Counted from the first letter of the stretch, positions 1 through 10,038 are shown. The stretch is DNA of 64,000 nucleotides from Nitrospira sp. (GCA_047150005.1 AP038806.1:1120001-1184000); one strand, 5' to 3'. The notes: a model not told the origin generated them from the letters alone. A program made the numbers and translations.

Positions 1-1363
1 GCAACTCGACTTTCCCATCGTGTACACGTCTGCCATCAAGGGCCTCGCGACGCTCGACGTCAACAAGCCGGGCAGCGACATCACTCCCTTGCTGGATACG
101 GTTCTAGAGAAGATCCCGGCTCCCGCCGTGCATGCCAAGGCGCCGCTTCAGATCCTGGTCCTGGCCCTGGCCTACGATTCCTACAAAGGAAAGATGGCTG
201 TGGGGAAGATCCAGTCGGGTTCGATTTCACGGCGGCAGCAGGTCATCGTCGTGGGGAAGGACGGCGCGCAGTATCCCGGCAGAGTCTCCGACCTCGCGGT
301 GTACTCAGGCCTCGAACGGACAGACGTCGAACAGGCCGAGGCCGGAGAGATCGTCGCCGTCGCTGGTTTGGACCAGGTGAATATCGGCGATACCGTGGCA
401 GACGCAGAACAGCCGCTGGCCTTGCCCCGCGTGACGATCGACGAGCCGACCGTCCAGATGACGTTTTCCGTGAACAACAGCCCGTTTGCCGGACGCGAAG
501 GTAAGTTCCTCACCTCGCGCCATTTGCGGGAACGGCTCTTCAAGGAGCTGGAAACCAACGTCTCGCTGCGCGTGCAGGAGACCGACAGCGCCGACCGATT
601 TCTCGTCGCCGGCCGGGGTGAACTGCATCTTGGGGTGCTGATCGAACAAATGCGGAGAGAAGGGTACGAACTGCAGGTCAGCCAACCCGAGGTCATTCTT
701 CATCGCGACGGAGGCAAGGTCACCGAGCCGTACGAAGAGCTCACGATCCAGGTACCGGAAACCTACCAGGGCGCCGTCATCGAGGAGGTGGGCAAGCGCC
801 GCGGCGAGATGCGCCACATGAGGCTGGTGCATTCCGACGCCGGACCGAGCGAAATGCATCTGGAGTACCACATTCCGACCCGCGGCATCATGGGACTGAA
901 GAATATTCTGCTGGCCAAGACGCGAGGTACGGTGATCATGCATCATGTGTTCAAGTCCTACGAAGCGGCCGACGAACAGGACTTGCTCATCACACCCCAC
1001 GGATCGCTCTGCGCCTTCGAAGACGGGGCCAGCACCGCCTACGCCCTGTTCATGACCCAGGAACGTGGCGTGATGTTCATCGGCCCGGGCGTCGAGGTGT
1101 ATCGCGGGATGGTGGTCGGCGAGAACAGCCGCGACGAGGATCTCGACGTCAACGTCTGCAAGGAGAAGCACCTGTCGAATATGCGCGCCTCCGGATCGGA
1201 CGAGGCCTTGATCCTGACGCCGCCTCGGGAAATGTCGCTGGAGTTTGCCTTGGAGTACATCGGACAGGATGAATTGGTCGAGGTTACTCCTCAGAACCTT
1301 CGCATCCGGAAGCGACTACTCAATCCTGAAGACCGCCGCAAGGCTCGCAAAGCCGGGAAATGA
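1..1363 (+). CDS. typA: Translational GTPase TypA/BipA (5' truncated by window)
   Basis: Motifs GRGELHL, MRREGYE, PTRGIMG, C-terminal NMRASGSDEA...EVTPQNLRIRK; frame open from window start. Confidence 0.95.
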   Translation, partial: QLDFPIVYTSAIKGLATLDVNKPGSDITPLLDTVLEKIPAPAVHAKAPLQILVLALAYDSYKGKMAVGKIQSGSISRRQQVIVVGKDGAQYPGRVSDLAVYSGLERTDVEQAEAGEIVAVAGLDQVNIGDTVADAEQPLALPRVTIDEPTVQMTFSVNNSPFAGREGKFLTSRHLRERLFKELETNVSLRVQETDSADRFLVAGRGELHLGVLIEQMRREGYELQVSQPEVILHRDGGKVTEPYEELTIQVPETYQGAVIEEVGKRRGEMRHMRLVHSDAGPSEMHLEYHIPTRGIMGLKNILLAKTRGTVIMHHVFKSYEAADEQDLLITPHGSLCAFEDGASTAYALFMTQERGVMFIGPGVEVYRGMVVGENSRDEDLDVNVCKEKHLSNMRASGSDEALILTPPREMSLEFALEYIGQDELVEVTPQNLRIRKRLLNPEDRRKARKAGK

Positions 1364-1404
1364 TTCGGCGGGCCGGACCGTAACCATTCACCGGATTTCT
1401 CCCC

Positions 1405-2154
1405 ATGAGAATCAAGAAGAAAGGCCCCAAACCTTCTTCCAAACGACCGCCGCTCTACTTCGTCGGCTATCGAGGCAGCGTCCCCGGCATCGAAGAACTC
1501 AAAACCTGGTACGACCTGGAATATCACGGCCCCTTGTCCGTCAGACCGGAAGAGGACGCGCCGGAATCCTGGCGCCTCAGTCATGGACCCTGGACCGCGC
1601 ATGTGGTCATTCCACTTCCGGCCACCCATCAGGCCGAACTCAAGGGCCAGCTGGCATGGGAACATGAATCGATGGGAGCAATCGCCCCGTCGGTGACATC
1701 GCCGCGCGAGATGCCCGATTCGGTCCTCTTCGCCGCGCGGGTGGCCCGCGGGCTGACGCTTCTAACCCAAGGCACTGCCCATGATCTGGCGACGCGCCAA
1801 TACTTGAACCCTTCGGACTGGAAAGATCGCACCCTCACGGAGTTCGTCGTCGACGACCATATCACCATCGCCCACGACGACGAGGCCAGACCCGACCACA
1901 CATGGTGGTACACCTTGGGGCTCGCCAAGTTCGGGATGGATGAACTGGAGACGTTTCGGCCAAGGGGCCTTTCCGATCACCATTCGAAAGAACTGCTGGC
2001 AGAATCCGCTCATGAAATGATCCGGATCGGCGTCTCGCCGAAAGTCGGCACGGCGTTCCACCTGCCGACGCTCGGACGCACGATCAGGGTCACCAACTAT
2101 CGCACCGCCGCACCGGCCGGACGCATGCAGGGGTTTCGGGAGATCACGGTCTAA
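1405..2154 (+). CDS. Hypothetical protein (249 aa)
   Basis: Long ORF directly after typA; no family recognised. Confidence 0.7.
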   Translation: MRIKKKGPKPSSKRPPLYFVGYRGSVPGIEELKTWYDLEYHGPLSVRPEEDAPESWRLSHGPWTAHVVIPLPATHQAELKGQLAWEHESMGAIAPSVTSPREMPDSVLFAARVARGLTLLTQGTAHDLATRQYLNPSDWKDRTLTEFVVDDHITIAHDDEARPDHTWWYTLGLAKFGMDELETFRPRGLSDHHSKELLAESAHEMIRIGVSPKVGTAFHLPTLGRTIRVTNYRTAAPAGRMQGFREITV

Positions 2155-2211
2155 GCCCCTGTAATATAAGCCTGTCACGACATCGGATGAATCGCTAGGC
2201 CTTCAGGACCG

Positions 2212-2241
2212 TTGACAAGCTTTCAACGCGCACGGTACAAA
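2212..2241 (+). promoter_or_regulatory. Putative sigma70 promoter for peroxiredoxin
   Basis: TTGACA (2212-2217), 18 bp, TACAAA (2236-2241). Confidence 0.4.
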
Positions 2242-2303
2242 AGTCAAAGGTCGGATAGAGGACTCTTCCCGAAGGCCTCTAAGCAAAAGCCAACACACTA
2301 CAT

Positions 2304-2424
2304 CGAATGTTCAAACTGGCCGTCCAGCGCGGCCGCAGCGAACGAGGAAGCGAGGCGTACGTTTGCTGTACGTCGAGCGCCCGAGTGATGCGAGAACAAA
2401 GCTGGCGGGCAGTTTCAACATTCG
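2304..2424. repeat. 121-bp palindromic intergenic element (MITE-like)
   Basis: Imperfect terminal inverted repeats cgaatgttcaaactggccgtccagc / gctggcgggcagtttcaacattcg, central cgtac-N-gtacg hairpin. Confidence 0.65.
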
Positions 2425-2440
2425 TAAAGGAGGACAGCTG

Positions 2441-2911
2441 ATGAGTGACGTAGCCCCCGAAATCAAGGTTGGAGATACGGCTCCGGATTTCAACCTCAAG
2501 GACCAGGATCAGAAGGACGTGAAGCTCAGCGACTACCGCGGCAAGAAAAACGTGGTGCTCGCGTTCTATCCGCTGGACTGGAGCCCCGTGTGTCAGGGCG
2601 AGAACAAGTGCCTAACGGACGACTTCCCCAAGTTCCAGAACGCGAACGCCGAACTGTTCGGCATCAGCTGCGACAGCTTCTTCTCGCACAAGGCCTGGGC
2701 CGATTCGATGGACCTCAAGCACCAGTTGCTGTCGGACGTCCATCGCACCACGGCGAAGGCCTACGGCCTGTATTTCGAGCCGCTGAACTGCTCGAAGCGC
2801 GCCACGGTGATTGTGGACAAGAACGGCAAGGTCGCCTATGTGAAAGTGCAAGAAATCAAGGTCGCGCGCGAGGACAAGGACATTCTCGCCGCCCTCGCAA
2901 AATTGAGTTAA
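2441..2911 (+). CDS. Peroxiredoxin (AhpC/TSA family)
   Basis: [17 protein letters not shown] peroxidatic motif, GISCDS, RATVIVD; AGGAGG RBS before ATG 2441. Confidence 0.9.
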   Translation: MSDVAPEIKVGDTAPDFNLKDQDQKDVKLSDYRGKKNVVLAFYPLDWSPVCQGENKCLTDDFPKFQNANAELFGISCDSFFSHKAWADSMDLKHQLLSDVHRTTAKAYGLYFEPLNCSKRATVIVDKNGKVAYVKVQEIKVAREDKDILAALAKLS

Positions 2912-2913
2912 TC

Positions 2914-2985
2914 AGTGCTGAGCGTTGAGTGCTGAGTTGAGGGATTTCAGCTCTCACACTCAGCACCCAACACTCAGAACTCAGC
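2914..2985. repeat. Inverted heptamer tandem array (AGTGCTG)n...(CAGCACT)n
   Basis: agtgctg agcgttg agtgctg ... actcagc acccaac actcaga actcagc. Confidence 0.6.
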
Positions 2986-2992
2986 GCTTCTT

Positions 2993-3325
2993 ATGAGTAC
3001 CGTACTGGACGTCAGCGACGCGAATTATAAAGAGTTCACCGACAGCACCGGTGCGGTCGTAGCCTACGGCCTTGCGACCTGCGAACCCTGTAAGACGTAC
3101 GATCCGATCCTGGAAGAGATCGCCGCGCGCTTTCCGACAATCAAAGTCGGCAAGGCCAAGATGCACGTGCCCGGCCGGTGTCGCGAAATCAAGAAAAGCC
3201 ACGTGTTTGAGACCTATCCCACGACCCATTTGTTTGCCAATGGCAAGCTGCTCCTGACCCGCGAAGGAGTGGTCGAGCCGGCAGAACTCGTCGCGCTGAT
3301 CTCAGACCACTTGCTGACGTCATAG
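2993..3325 (+). CDS. Thioredoxin-family protein
   Basis: CEPC motif, YPT cis-Pro motif, 110 aa. Confidence 0.8.
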   Translation: MSTVLDVSDANYKEFTDSTGAVVAYGLATCEPCKTYDPILEEIAARFPTIKVGKAKMHVPGRCREIKKSHVFETYPTTHLFANGKLLLTREGVVEPAELVALISDHLLTS

Positions 3326-3480
3326 ACCGTCTGAGCGGATGGGGTGGCCTCCCATAGGCCCCCAGCCTTGGTTCCCTGAAGCTTCCACCCCGGCCGTCGT
3401 CTAAAAACCCGCCACTTTCTTGACTCAATACCGCCATATAGTAATGTCGAAGCACGGCCTCGTTATGCCGGCATTCCCCT

Positions 3481-4986
3481 ATGTCATCCAGTGAACATCC
3501 ACGATACGACCCCCGATCGCTGCTGAACTCTCAGCCGGTCAGCGTGGCGGTCATCGACCCGGCGACCTATCGGGTTGAATTTCAGAATGAGACGGGCGTC
3601 AAGACGTTCGGCGATATCGCCGGCCAAGCCTGCTATGAGAAGATCGCGACCTGCTCCTCTCCATGCTCCTTTTGCCGTATGTCGGAAGCGTTGGCCACCG
3701 ACTCGGTCGTGTCTCAGGAAGTCGCCCTTCCGGGCGACAAGCATCTCCTCATCCATTGGTCGAAGGCTGCAGCGGCTGATGGCCCAACCCACGTGATCGA
3801 AACGATCGTCGACATCAGCGACCACAAGCGAACAGAGCATGCACTGCGCCAGTCGCAGAAGTTGGAAGCCGTGGGGCGGTTGGCCGGCGGGATCGCCCAT
3901 GATTTCAACAACCTCATGATGGTGGTCATCGGTCATGCCCATCGGGTCCTGCAGCAGCTCGCGGGACACCCCGCTCGGCAGGAACTGGAACGGATCAGCC
4001 AGGCCGGCTTGCGGGCGGCAGCCTTGACGAAGAAGCTCTTGACCTTCAGCCGGCAACAGGTGTTCGAGCCGAAGGAGCTTCCCGTCAACCAGGTGATCCG
4101 GGAGATGGAAGATATTCTTCGGCAGTTGATCGGGGAACAGATTCAGACCGTCGTCGTCCTCCATCCTCATACGGGACACGCCCTCGTCGACCCGGTGCAA
4201 CTCGGGCAGGTGATCATGAATTTGGTCTTGAACGCCCGCGACGCGATGCCGGACGGAGGCTTGCTCAACATCGAGACCGACAACGCCGAATTGGACGAGG
4301 AATTCGCCCGGCTGCATCCGGGCGCCCAACCGGGATCCTATGTCAAGATCGCGGTGCAGGACGCGGGATGCGGCATGAGCGCCGAGACGATGTCCCGAAT
4401 TTTTGAGCCGTTCTTCACGACGAAGGGGCCGGACAAAGGAACCGGGTTGGGATTGGCCACCGCCTACGGCATCGTGAAACAAAGCCAAGGGTACATCGAA
4501 GTCACGAGCGAGTTGGGACGAGGGTCTCGGTTCTGCGTGTACCTCCCGCGGGTCGAACGGTCGGTCACCGAAGCACCGCCATTGAAAAAGGACGTGCACT
4601 CGTCCGTCGCTCAAGAAATGATTCTGGTCGTGGAAGACGAAGAGAGCATCCGAAAACTCATCGCGGTCATCTTACAGGACCAGGGGTACCATGTACTGTC
4701 GGCGGTCGACGGCATCGAAGCGCTCCAGCGGCTGCAGACGTTGAAGGGCCGATGTGATCTGGTCATTACCGACGTGATCATGCCCAGGATGAAGAGCGCC
4801 GCCTTCATCGAAGGCGTGAAGGCGATGAGGCCAAAGACCAAAGTGCTGTACATGTCCGGCTACGCGGGGGATACGCTGCAAGCCAACGGAGTCGCCGACG
4901 GTGTCCCGTTTCTTCAGAAGCCGTTCCTCCCCAGTACCCTCATCGAAAAGGTTCACGAACTGCTTCAGGCCGGCGCCGCACATTGA
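3481..4986 (+). CDS. Hybrid sensor histidine kinase with PAS-like and receiver domains
   Basis: AHDFNN H-box, NLVLNARDAM, FEPFFTTK, GTGLGL, C-terminal VVEDE...TDVIMP...KPF. Confidence 0.92.
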   Translation: MSSSEHPRYDPRSLLNSQPVSVAVIDPATYRVEFQNETGVKTFGDIAGQACYEKIATCSSPCSFCRMSEALATDSVVSQEVALPGDKHLLIHWSKAAAADGPTHVIETIVDISDHKRTEHALRQSQKLEAVGRLAGGIAHDFNNLMMVVIGHAHRVLQQLAGHPARQELERISQAGLRAAALTKKLLTFSRQQVFEPKELPVNQVIREMEDILRQLIGEQIQTVVVLHPHTGHALVDPVQLGQVIMNLVLNARDAMPDGGLLNIETDNAELDEEFARLHPGAQPGSYVKIAVQDAGCGMSAETMSRIFEPFFTTKGPDKGTGLGLATAYGIVKQSQGYIEVTSELGRGSRFCVYLPRVERSVTEAPPLKKDVHSSVAQEMILVVEDEESIRKLIAVILQDQGYHVLSAVDGIEALQRLQTLKGRCDLVITDVIMPRMKSAAFIEGVKAMRPKTKVLYMSGYAGDTLQANGVADGVPFLQKPFLPSTLIEKVHELLQAGAAH

Positions 4987-5125
4987 GCGGGTCGTTGGTC
5001 CGGCATCGTCGCACAAGGCGTCCGTGATATCGTCTAGCCCGCCTGCGGAAGAGTGCGGGCAGGATGCGAGGCGGCGCCATCTGCGCCCTCCCCCGATTGC
5101 TCGATGGATTACTCGATGCGTTGGA

Positions 5126-5878
5126 TCAGGCCGAGCAACTGAAGGAGAGGTCGCGAGAATGGACGAGCTGTAGATGGGCGAGCTTCCCCGATGAGATGCG
5201 CGAGATGAGGGAGTCCCAGATGAATTCCGCGAGAGACTGTCCGGTCACAGGGTTCTGTGCAAAGACCTCGCGAAGGTCCCGTCGGTCCAACTTCACGAGG
5301 ACCTGCTCCCGCACCAGCCGATTCAAAACAGCAATGTCGGTGACCATCCCGGTGACGGGGTCGACGGGTCCTTGGATCGTCACAAAACAATCCCATTGGC
5401 GGCCGTGATTGCCCTCCTGCACCGCGGTGAAGGAATAGCGCCGGGTGACGTTGACCGTATCCAATCCGCCGGCGGCCGTGATCTCGGCGAAAAGATCCTC
5501 ATCCTCATAGAGTCGGACAGCATGCAGCCTGCCGATATCGGGCTGAGGCTCGAGTTTGGTCCACAACACCCGCGCCAGGTTCTCCGACGTAGGGATCCGA
5601 TCGACGAAGTACGGCATGTCGAGATTGAGATTCTTGTGATCGAACTCCTCGATCATCCCCAGCAGCACGCGCTTCAGATCAAAGAGGTTGATGACCATGC
5701 CGGTGTGGGGATCCACGTGGCCGGCCACCGTGACCTCGAGCATGTAGTTGTGGCCGTGGGCCGGAGGATTATAACAGCGCCCGAACACCGCGCGATTCTT
5801 GGCTTCGTCCCATTCGGGACGAAAATAGCGATGCGCCGCCGCGAATTCGATCCGTTTTGTCAAGAGAACGGGAGCCAT
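5126..5878 (-). CDS. queD: Tandem-domain 6-carboxytetrahydropterin synthase (QueD/PTPS family)
   Basis: FAAAHR, HGHNY, TGMVINL, DHKNLN, PTSENLA; second degenerate domain with TGMVTDI. Confidence 0.8.
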   Translation of the reverse strand: MAPVLLTKRIEFAAAHRYFRPEWDEAKNRAVFGRCYNPPAHGHNYMLEVTVAGHVDPHTGMVINLFDLKRVLLGMIEEFDHKNLNLDMPYFVDRIPTSENLARVLWTKLEPQPDIGRLHAVRLYEDEDLFAEITAAGGLDTVNVTRRYSFTAVQEGNHGRQWDCFVTIQGPVDPVTGMVTDIAVLNRLVREQVLVKLDRRDLREVFAQNPVTGQSLAEFIWDSLISRISSGKLAHLQLVHSRDLSFSCSA

Positions 5879-5887
5879 AGTTTCCCG

Positions 5888-5976
5888 AGTGCTGAGTGCG
5901 AAGTGCCGAGTCCTGAGTGAAGCCCCGGCGATGGACAATTCCCTCGCTCAGCACCCAGCACTCAATTCTCAACACT
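5888..5976. repeat. Second inverted heptamer tandem array
   Basis: agtgctg agtgcga agtgccg agtcctg ... gctcagc acccagc actcaat tctcaac. Confidence 0.55.
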
Positions 5977-6558
5977 GCTTGTTAAGTCGGCCAGCCACTC
6001 CTCCCGCAGACTGCCTGGGACGGGTACGTCCATTCGATACCCGTTGTGGTCGACCGTGAGGGTGACCGTTTGGTGCAGATCCGCAACGGCGCGCTTCAAC
6101 CGGGCCGACGGACGGAACCGCACGAAATGCACGGCGCTGATCTTGGATTCGTGACTGTGGCCTCCTTCAAAGACCCCGAACACCCGCTCGTCCCCGCTCG
6201 CGATCGCCAGCTTCTGCCCGTGGTCCAATCCCATGAAGCGATCGAGCCACTCCTTCATTTTCGCTTCCTCGGTGATCTCGATCAAGAGGGTGGCGCTGAG
6301 CTCATCGCGTGAAGGCAACAGCTCGTTGTAGACGTCCAACTCGTCCTGGATCTTGCGCGGATCCATGATGCGTTCCACGCGGATCATTTCCTGGATTTGG
6401 AACCGCAGCGTCTCGCGGTTCTCGAAGACCAGCGTGATGACCGGTCCGAGAGCAATCCGCCGGCGCCGCTTGAGATCGATGATCCCGGACCGAAACCGCT
6501 CCCGCTGCCGTTCGTACTCCTCAATGGAGAGAATATCCTCTTGAATCAACCGTTTCAT
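5962..6558 (-). CDS. DUF3501 family protein
   Basis: FENRETLRFQIQEMIRVE, SAVHFVRF; context next to rubrerythrin and Fe-S oxidoreductase. Confidence 0.8.
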   Translation of the reverse strand: MKRLIQEDILSIEEYERQRERFRSGIIDLKRRRRIALGPVITLVFENRETLRFQIQEMIRVERIMDPRKIQDELDVYNELLPSRDELSATLLIEITEEAKMKEWLDRFMGLDHGQKLAIASGDERVFGVFEGGHSHESKISAVHFVRFRPSARLKRAVADLHQTVTLTVDHNGYRMDVPVPGSLREEWLADLTSSVEN

Positions 6559-7826
6559 TTGGGCAACCCGTAGGCATCACGAACAATCTGGATCGGATGG
6601 AGTGAAGCTCTCCCCCCGACGTGAGCCGACGCGCCGGCCTGATCCAGCTGCAGGCCCGCCAAGGGACAGTCGGAAGCGACCACATCGGCCGGGGCCTTCT
6701 CGATGACACGGACGGCCTTGGCGGCGATGGTCAGAGAAAGCGGGAAGAACTCGGTTTTTGCCGACCAGGTCCCGTCATGCCCCGAACACTTCTCGATGAC
6801 CTCGACTTGCGCGCCGGCACATTCCATCAATTCCTTGGATTTGAAACCGATATTCTGGTCCCGCAGATGGCAGGGCACCTGGTAAGCGACGCGGCCCGGC
6901 TTGTGCGTAAAATCGGTCGATAGCTGGCCGTCCTTTTTCATTTTCATCAGATATTCGCATATGTCGAACGTCCGCTCGGCGACCCGCTTCGTCTTCTCGT
7001 CGGAGATCACTTCCTGATACTCCCGTTTGAGCATGAGGCTGCAACTGACGGTGGGAACCACGACGTCGTAGCCCTGCGCAACCCAGGGATAGAGCGAGTC
7101 CACATTCGCCCGTGCGGCGGCGCCGATCGCCCGGTCGTCACCAAGGTCGAAGCTCGGCATGCCGCAGCAACGCTGCTCCGGCAACACCACCTCCACCCCG
7201 TTCTTTTCGAGCACCTGCACCGTCGCCTTTCCGACGTCCGTCGCCTGGTAGTTCACCAAGCAACTCGAAAACAGGGCGACCTTTCGGACCGGAGCGGGTT
7301 GAGGCGGCGCCCCACGCCGGCCGAACCAAGCGGGGAATGTTTCGCGCGCAAAATGCAGCACACGCCGCTCTCGATGGACACCCAGGACCAGTTCGAGCAG
7401 GCGGCGGACCAGCCCGTTTTCCAGAAGACGGTTCGTCAGAGGGGCCGTCAGACTCCCGAGCCGTCCGATCAGGTCGGTCATGATCAAGACACGGTCGCGC
7501 CAGCGCACGCCTCGTTCCGCCGCCAACCGTTTTTTCCACAGGACCATCAGCAGGGGAAAGTCGAGATCGTACTGATGAGGCGGCGTGTACGGACAGTGGT
7601 TGAAGCAGAGTTTACAGTAGTAACACTCGTCGACCACCCGATGGTGATCGTCCGGCGTCAGGTTGGCGACGGCACCCTCGTAGCTATCGATGCGGTCGAG
7701 GAGCGTGTTGAAGGAAGGGCACAGATTGAAGCAACGACGGCAGCCTTCGCATATCTCATAGATCCTGAGCGTTTCCCGGTCCAGTTTGACCGGATCGACG
7801 GGAGTGATGAGACTGAGGCCGTTCAT
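6555..7826 (-). CDS. Fe-S oxidoreductase (GlpC/HdrD-like, CCG domains)
   Basis: CEGCRRCFNLC, CYYCKLCFNHCP, CCGMP, PCH, CSGHDG, SDCPLA. Confidence 0.85.
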   Translation of the reverse strand: MNGLSLITPVDPVKLDRETLRIYEICEGCRRCFNLCPSFNTLLDRIDSYEGAVANLTPDDHHRVVDECYYCKLCFNHCPYTPPHQYDLDFPLLMVLWKKRLAAERGVRWRDRVLIMTDLIGRLGSLTAPLTNRLLENGLVRRLLELVLGVHRERRVLHFARETFPAWFGRRGAPPQPAPVRKVALFSSCLVNYQATDVGKATVQVLEKNGVEVVLPEQRCCGMPSFDLGDDRAIGAAARANVDSLYPWVAQGYDVVVPTVSCSLMLKREYQEVISDEKTKRVAERTFDICEYLMKMKKDGQLSTDFTHKPGRVAYQVPCHLRDQNIGFKSKELMECAGAQVEVIEKCSGHDGTWSAKTEFFPLSLTIAAKAVRVIEKAPADVVASDCPLAGLQLDQAGASAHVGGRASLHPIQIVRDAYGLPK

Positions 7827-7928
7827 GGACACACAGGCAGGTCGCCGATCAGCCCACCGGCGTCACGGCGACACCCCCCTTCGTGGTGTGCCGCGGTGAA
7901 CCTGGTGGCCGAATGCCGAAGCACACGT

Positions 7929-8354
7929 TCAGCTCTTGAGGCTGTCGAGTCCCTTTTGAAATCGATTCGCGTGCGACCGCTCAGCCTTAGCCAAGGTCTC
8001 GAACCATTCGGCCAGCTCGGCAAAGCCTTCATCGCGCGCCGTCTTCGCCATGCCGGGGTACATCTGCGTATACTCGTAGGTCTCCCCTTCGATGGCGGAC
8101 TTCAGATTGGCTTCGGTGTTCCCGATCGCCACGCCGGTGGCCGGGTCGCCCACTTCCTTCAGAAAGTCTAGGTGCCCGAACGCGTGACCGGTTTCCGCCT
8201 CCGACGTGTCGCGAAACAGTCCGCCGACGTCGGGATAGCCTTCGATATCCGCCCGTCGCGCAAAATACAGGTATCGTCGGTTGGCTTGCGATTCGCCCGC
8301 GAATGCATCTTTGAGATTGTCGTGACTCTTCGTTCCCTTCAGACTCTTCCCCAT
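7929..8354 (-). CDS. Rubrerythrin (short form lacking rubredoxin domain)
   Basis: [28 protein letters not shown] di-iron motifs; GGAGG RBS. Confidence 0.92.
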   Translation of the reverse strand: MGKSLKGTKSHDNLKDAFAGESQANRRYLYFARRADIEGYPDVGGLFRDTSEAETGHAFGHLDFLKEVGDPATGVAIGNTEANLKSAIEGETYEYTQMYPGMAKTARDEGFAELAEWFETLAKAERSHANRFQKGLDSLKS

Positions 8355-8502
8355 TGCCCAGCCTCCTTCGTTCGATCGAGAGACGCCTCTGGCGCCTGCG
8401 GCCAAAGCCCACTATCGATGTCAGATGTGATATGACGACCGTGCATAAGATAGCGCAGCCATCCGTGCAGGATCAACGCCTTTCCGGGCCTCTGTGCTGA
8501 GC

Positions 8503-9060
8503 CTACTTGTACAACGGCAACTCGTCCTTCACGTGAGCCAACGGAAGGTATTGCCGGTCTTTCGCGGACAGAATCGGATCGGTGATTGGCCAGGGGATCG
8601 CCAGGGCCGGATCGTTCCAGAGCACCCCGTGCTCGTCCTTGGGCGAATAGTAGTCCGTACACTTGTACATGAAGATCGCGGTTTCGCTCGTAACGCAGAA
8701 GCCGTGCGCGCACCCGGTCGGGACGTAGATCTGCCGCAGGTTCTGATCGGACAATTCGAGGCCGTACCATCGTCCGAAGGTCGGGGACCCGACGCGGATG
8801 TCGACCACCACGTCATAGACGCTTCCCTCCACGACCATGACCAGCTTGCCCTGTGCATGAGGCTCCTGAAAATGCAAGCCGCGCAAGGTCCCTCGCACCG
8901 ACCGGGATATATTGTCCTGGACGAATGATTCCACGATGCCGGCGTCCTGATAGCGCTGGACGTGGTAGGTTTCCGCGAAGAACCCCCGGTGGTCTCGAAG
9001 GACCGTCGGTTCAATCAGCAACACGCCGGGAATGTCAATGGTGGTTACGCGCAAGGGCAA
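8503..9060 (-). CDS. rfbC: dTDP-4-dehydrorhamnose 3,5-epimerase
   Basis: DHRGFF, QDNIS, LRGLHFQ, DIRVGSPTFG, AHGF, YKC, WNDP. Confidence 0.95.
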   Translation of the reverse strand: MPLRVTTIDIPGVLLIEPTVLRDHRGFFAETYHVQRYQDAGIVESFVQDNISRSVRGTLRGLHFQEPHAQGKLVMVVEGSVYDVVVDIRVGSPTFGRWYGLELSDQNLRQIYVPTGCAHGFCVTSETAIFMYKCTDYYSPKDEHGVLWNDPALAIPWPITDPILSAKDRQYLPLAHVKDELPLYK

Positions 9061-9127
9061 GGGATGGTGCCTTCACGGGATCTCGGATTTGTTCGCGCAC
9101 ATGGGAGTCCTTACCGATATGTGACCG

Positions 9128-9547
9128 TCAGCGACGATCGGGAAGCGGCGGTTCTGCCGGGGGATCGACGATGTCCGGACGCTCAGGGTACAATCGCCCC
9201 AGCCGCTCGATCAACGGCTTCGCGGCGGGCGTGCTCTCCCTGCTCGGTTCACTCACCGGATTGTCCCAGACCAATCTGGTGATCCCGGCCTCCGAGAGGA
9301 GCGACCGGATGGTCGCGATGCAGGCATCGAGCGTCAATTCCGTGCCTTCCCGCAAATCGAGCACCCGTTGTGTCGGGTCCTGAGGCGGAGGGCCGGCATT
9401 GACCAGCGCCCAACAGCGATCGAAGATGGCCCGGCGAACCGGCTCGGGCACGTTGATCGTCTGGACATCGGACGTGCAGAGCGCGGAGACGAAGAGCACG
9501 AATTGCAGGTCCGGCATACCGGGCTGCTGGACATCCAACGACGGCAT
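9128..9547 (-). CDS. Hypothetical protein (start uncertain)
   Basis: ORF divergent from the MoaD-like gene; trimmed to avoid overlap. Confidence 0.55.
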   Translation of the reverse strand: MPSLDVQQPGMPDLQFVLFVSALCTSDVQTINVPEPVRRAIFDRCWALVNAGPPPQDPTQRVLDLREGTELTLDACIATIRSLLSEAGITRLVWDNPVSEPSRESTPAAKPLIERLGRLYPERPDIVDPPAEPPLPDRR

Positions 9548-9623
9548 GGCTAGGGCATTATCGACGGCGAGCCGGACGGAGTCAACGCCGGCAGGGGGCA
9601 AGGGGAAGGAGTATTCGACAGAC

Positions 9624-9896
9624 ATGGTGACGATTTCGCTGATGGGACAACTGCAGACGGCGGACGGAGAACGGGATTTGGCGGTCGAGCTCGACGCGCC
9701 CATGTCGGTCCGGCAAGTGATCCAACGGCAGGGCATACAGCTGCGCCACCTGCTGCAGCTGATCCGAGAGAAGAAAGTTCTCGTGACGATCAACAAGAGA
9801 ATCGCCAGCGACGACTCGCTGGTTCACGACGGAGACGCCATCCGGCTGGTCGGACACGACGGATTCGGCGGCAGCGGTCTCGGCCCCACTCACTGA
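9624..9896 (+). CDS. MoaD/ThiS-family ubiquitin-like protein
   Basis: 90 aa beta-grasp pattern VLVTIN...VHDGDAIRLV...FGG; AAGGAG RBS. Confidence 0.65.
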   Translation: MVTISLMGQLQTADGERDLAVELDAPMSVRQVIQRQGIQLRHLLQLIREKKVLVTINKRIASDDSLVHDGDAIRLVGHDGFGGSGLGPTH

Positions 9897-9997
9897 ATCG
9901 TCCATACAGCCAAGCCGCAGCCTTCGGCACCTGCCTGGACGTTGTTCCCCTACAAGCCGAGCCTCGATGAATTCCTTCCGCTCCCACAATTAAGGCC

Positions 9998-10038
9998 AAA
10001 AAAAGAATGGGGCCGGCGCCCCGTTGGGAGCCGGCCCC
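9998..10038 (-). terminator. Rho-independent terminator after HU gene
   Basis: 9-bp stem ggggccggc/gccggcccc followed by a T run on the minus strand. Confidence 0.75.

Noticed and set aside
2914..2985. CRISPR array interpretation of short repeats here, at 5888-5976 and at 19452-19493
   Set aside because: No constant repeat with unique spacers and no cas genes seen in the window
9623..9626. Divergent genes both starting on the same CATG palindrome
   Set aside because: Only the plus-strand ATG has an RBS; the minus gene more plausibly starts at 9547
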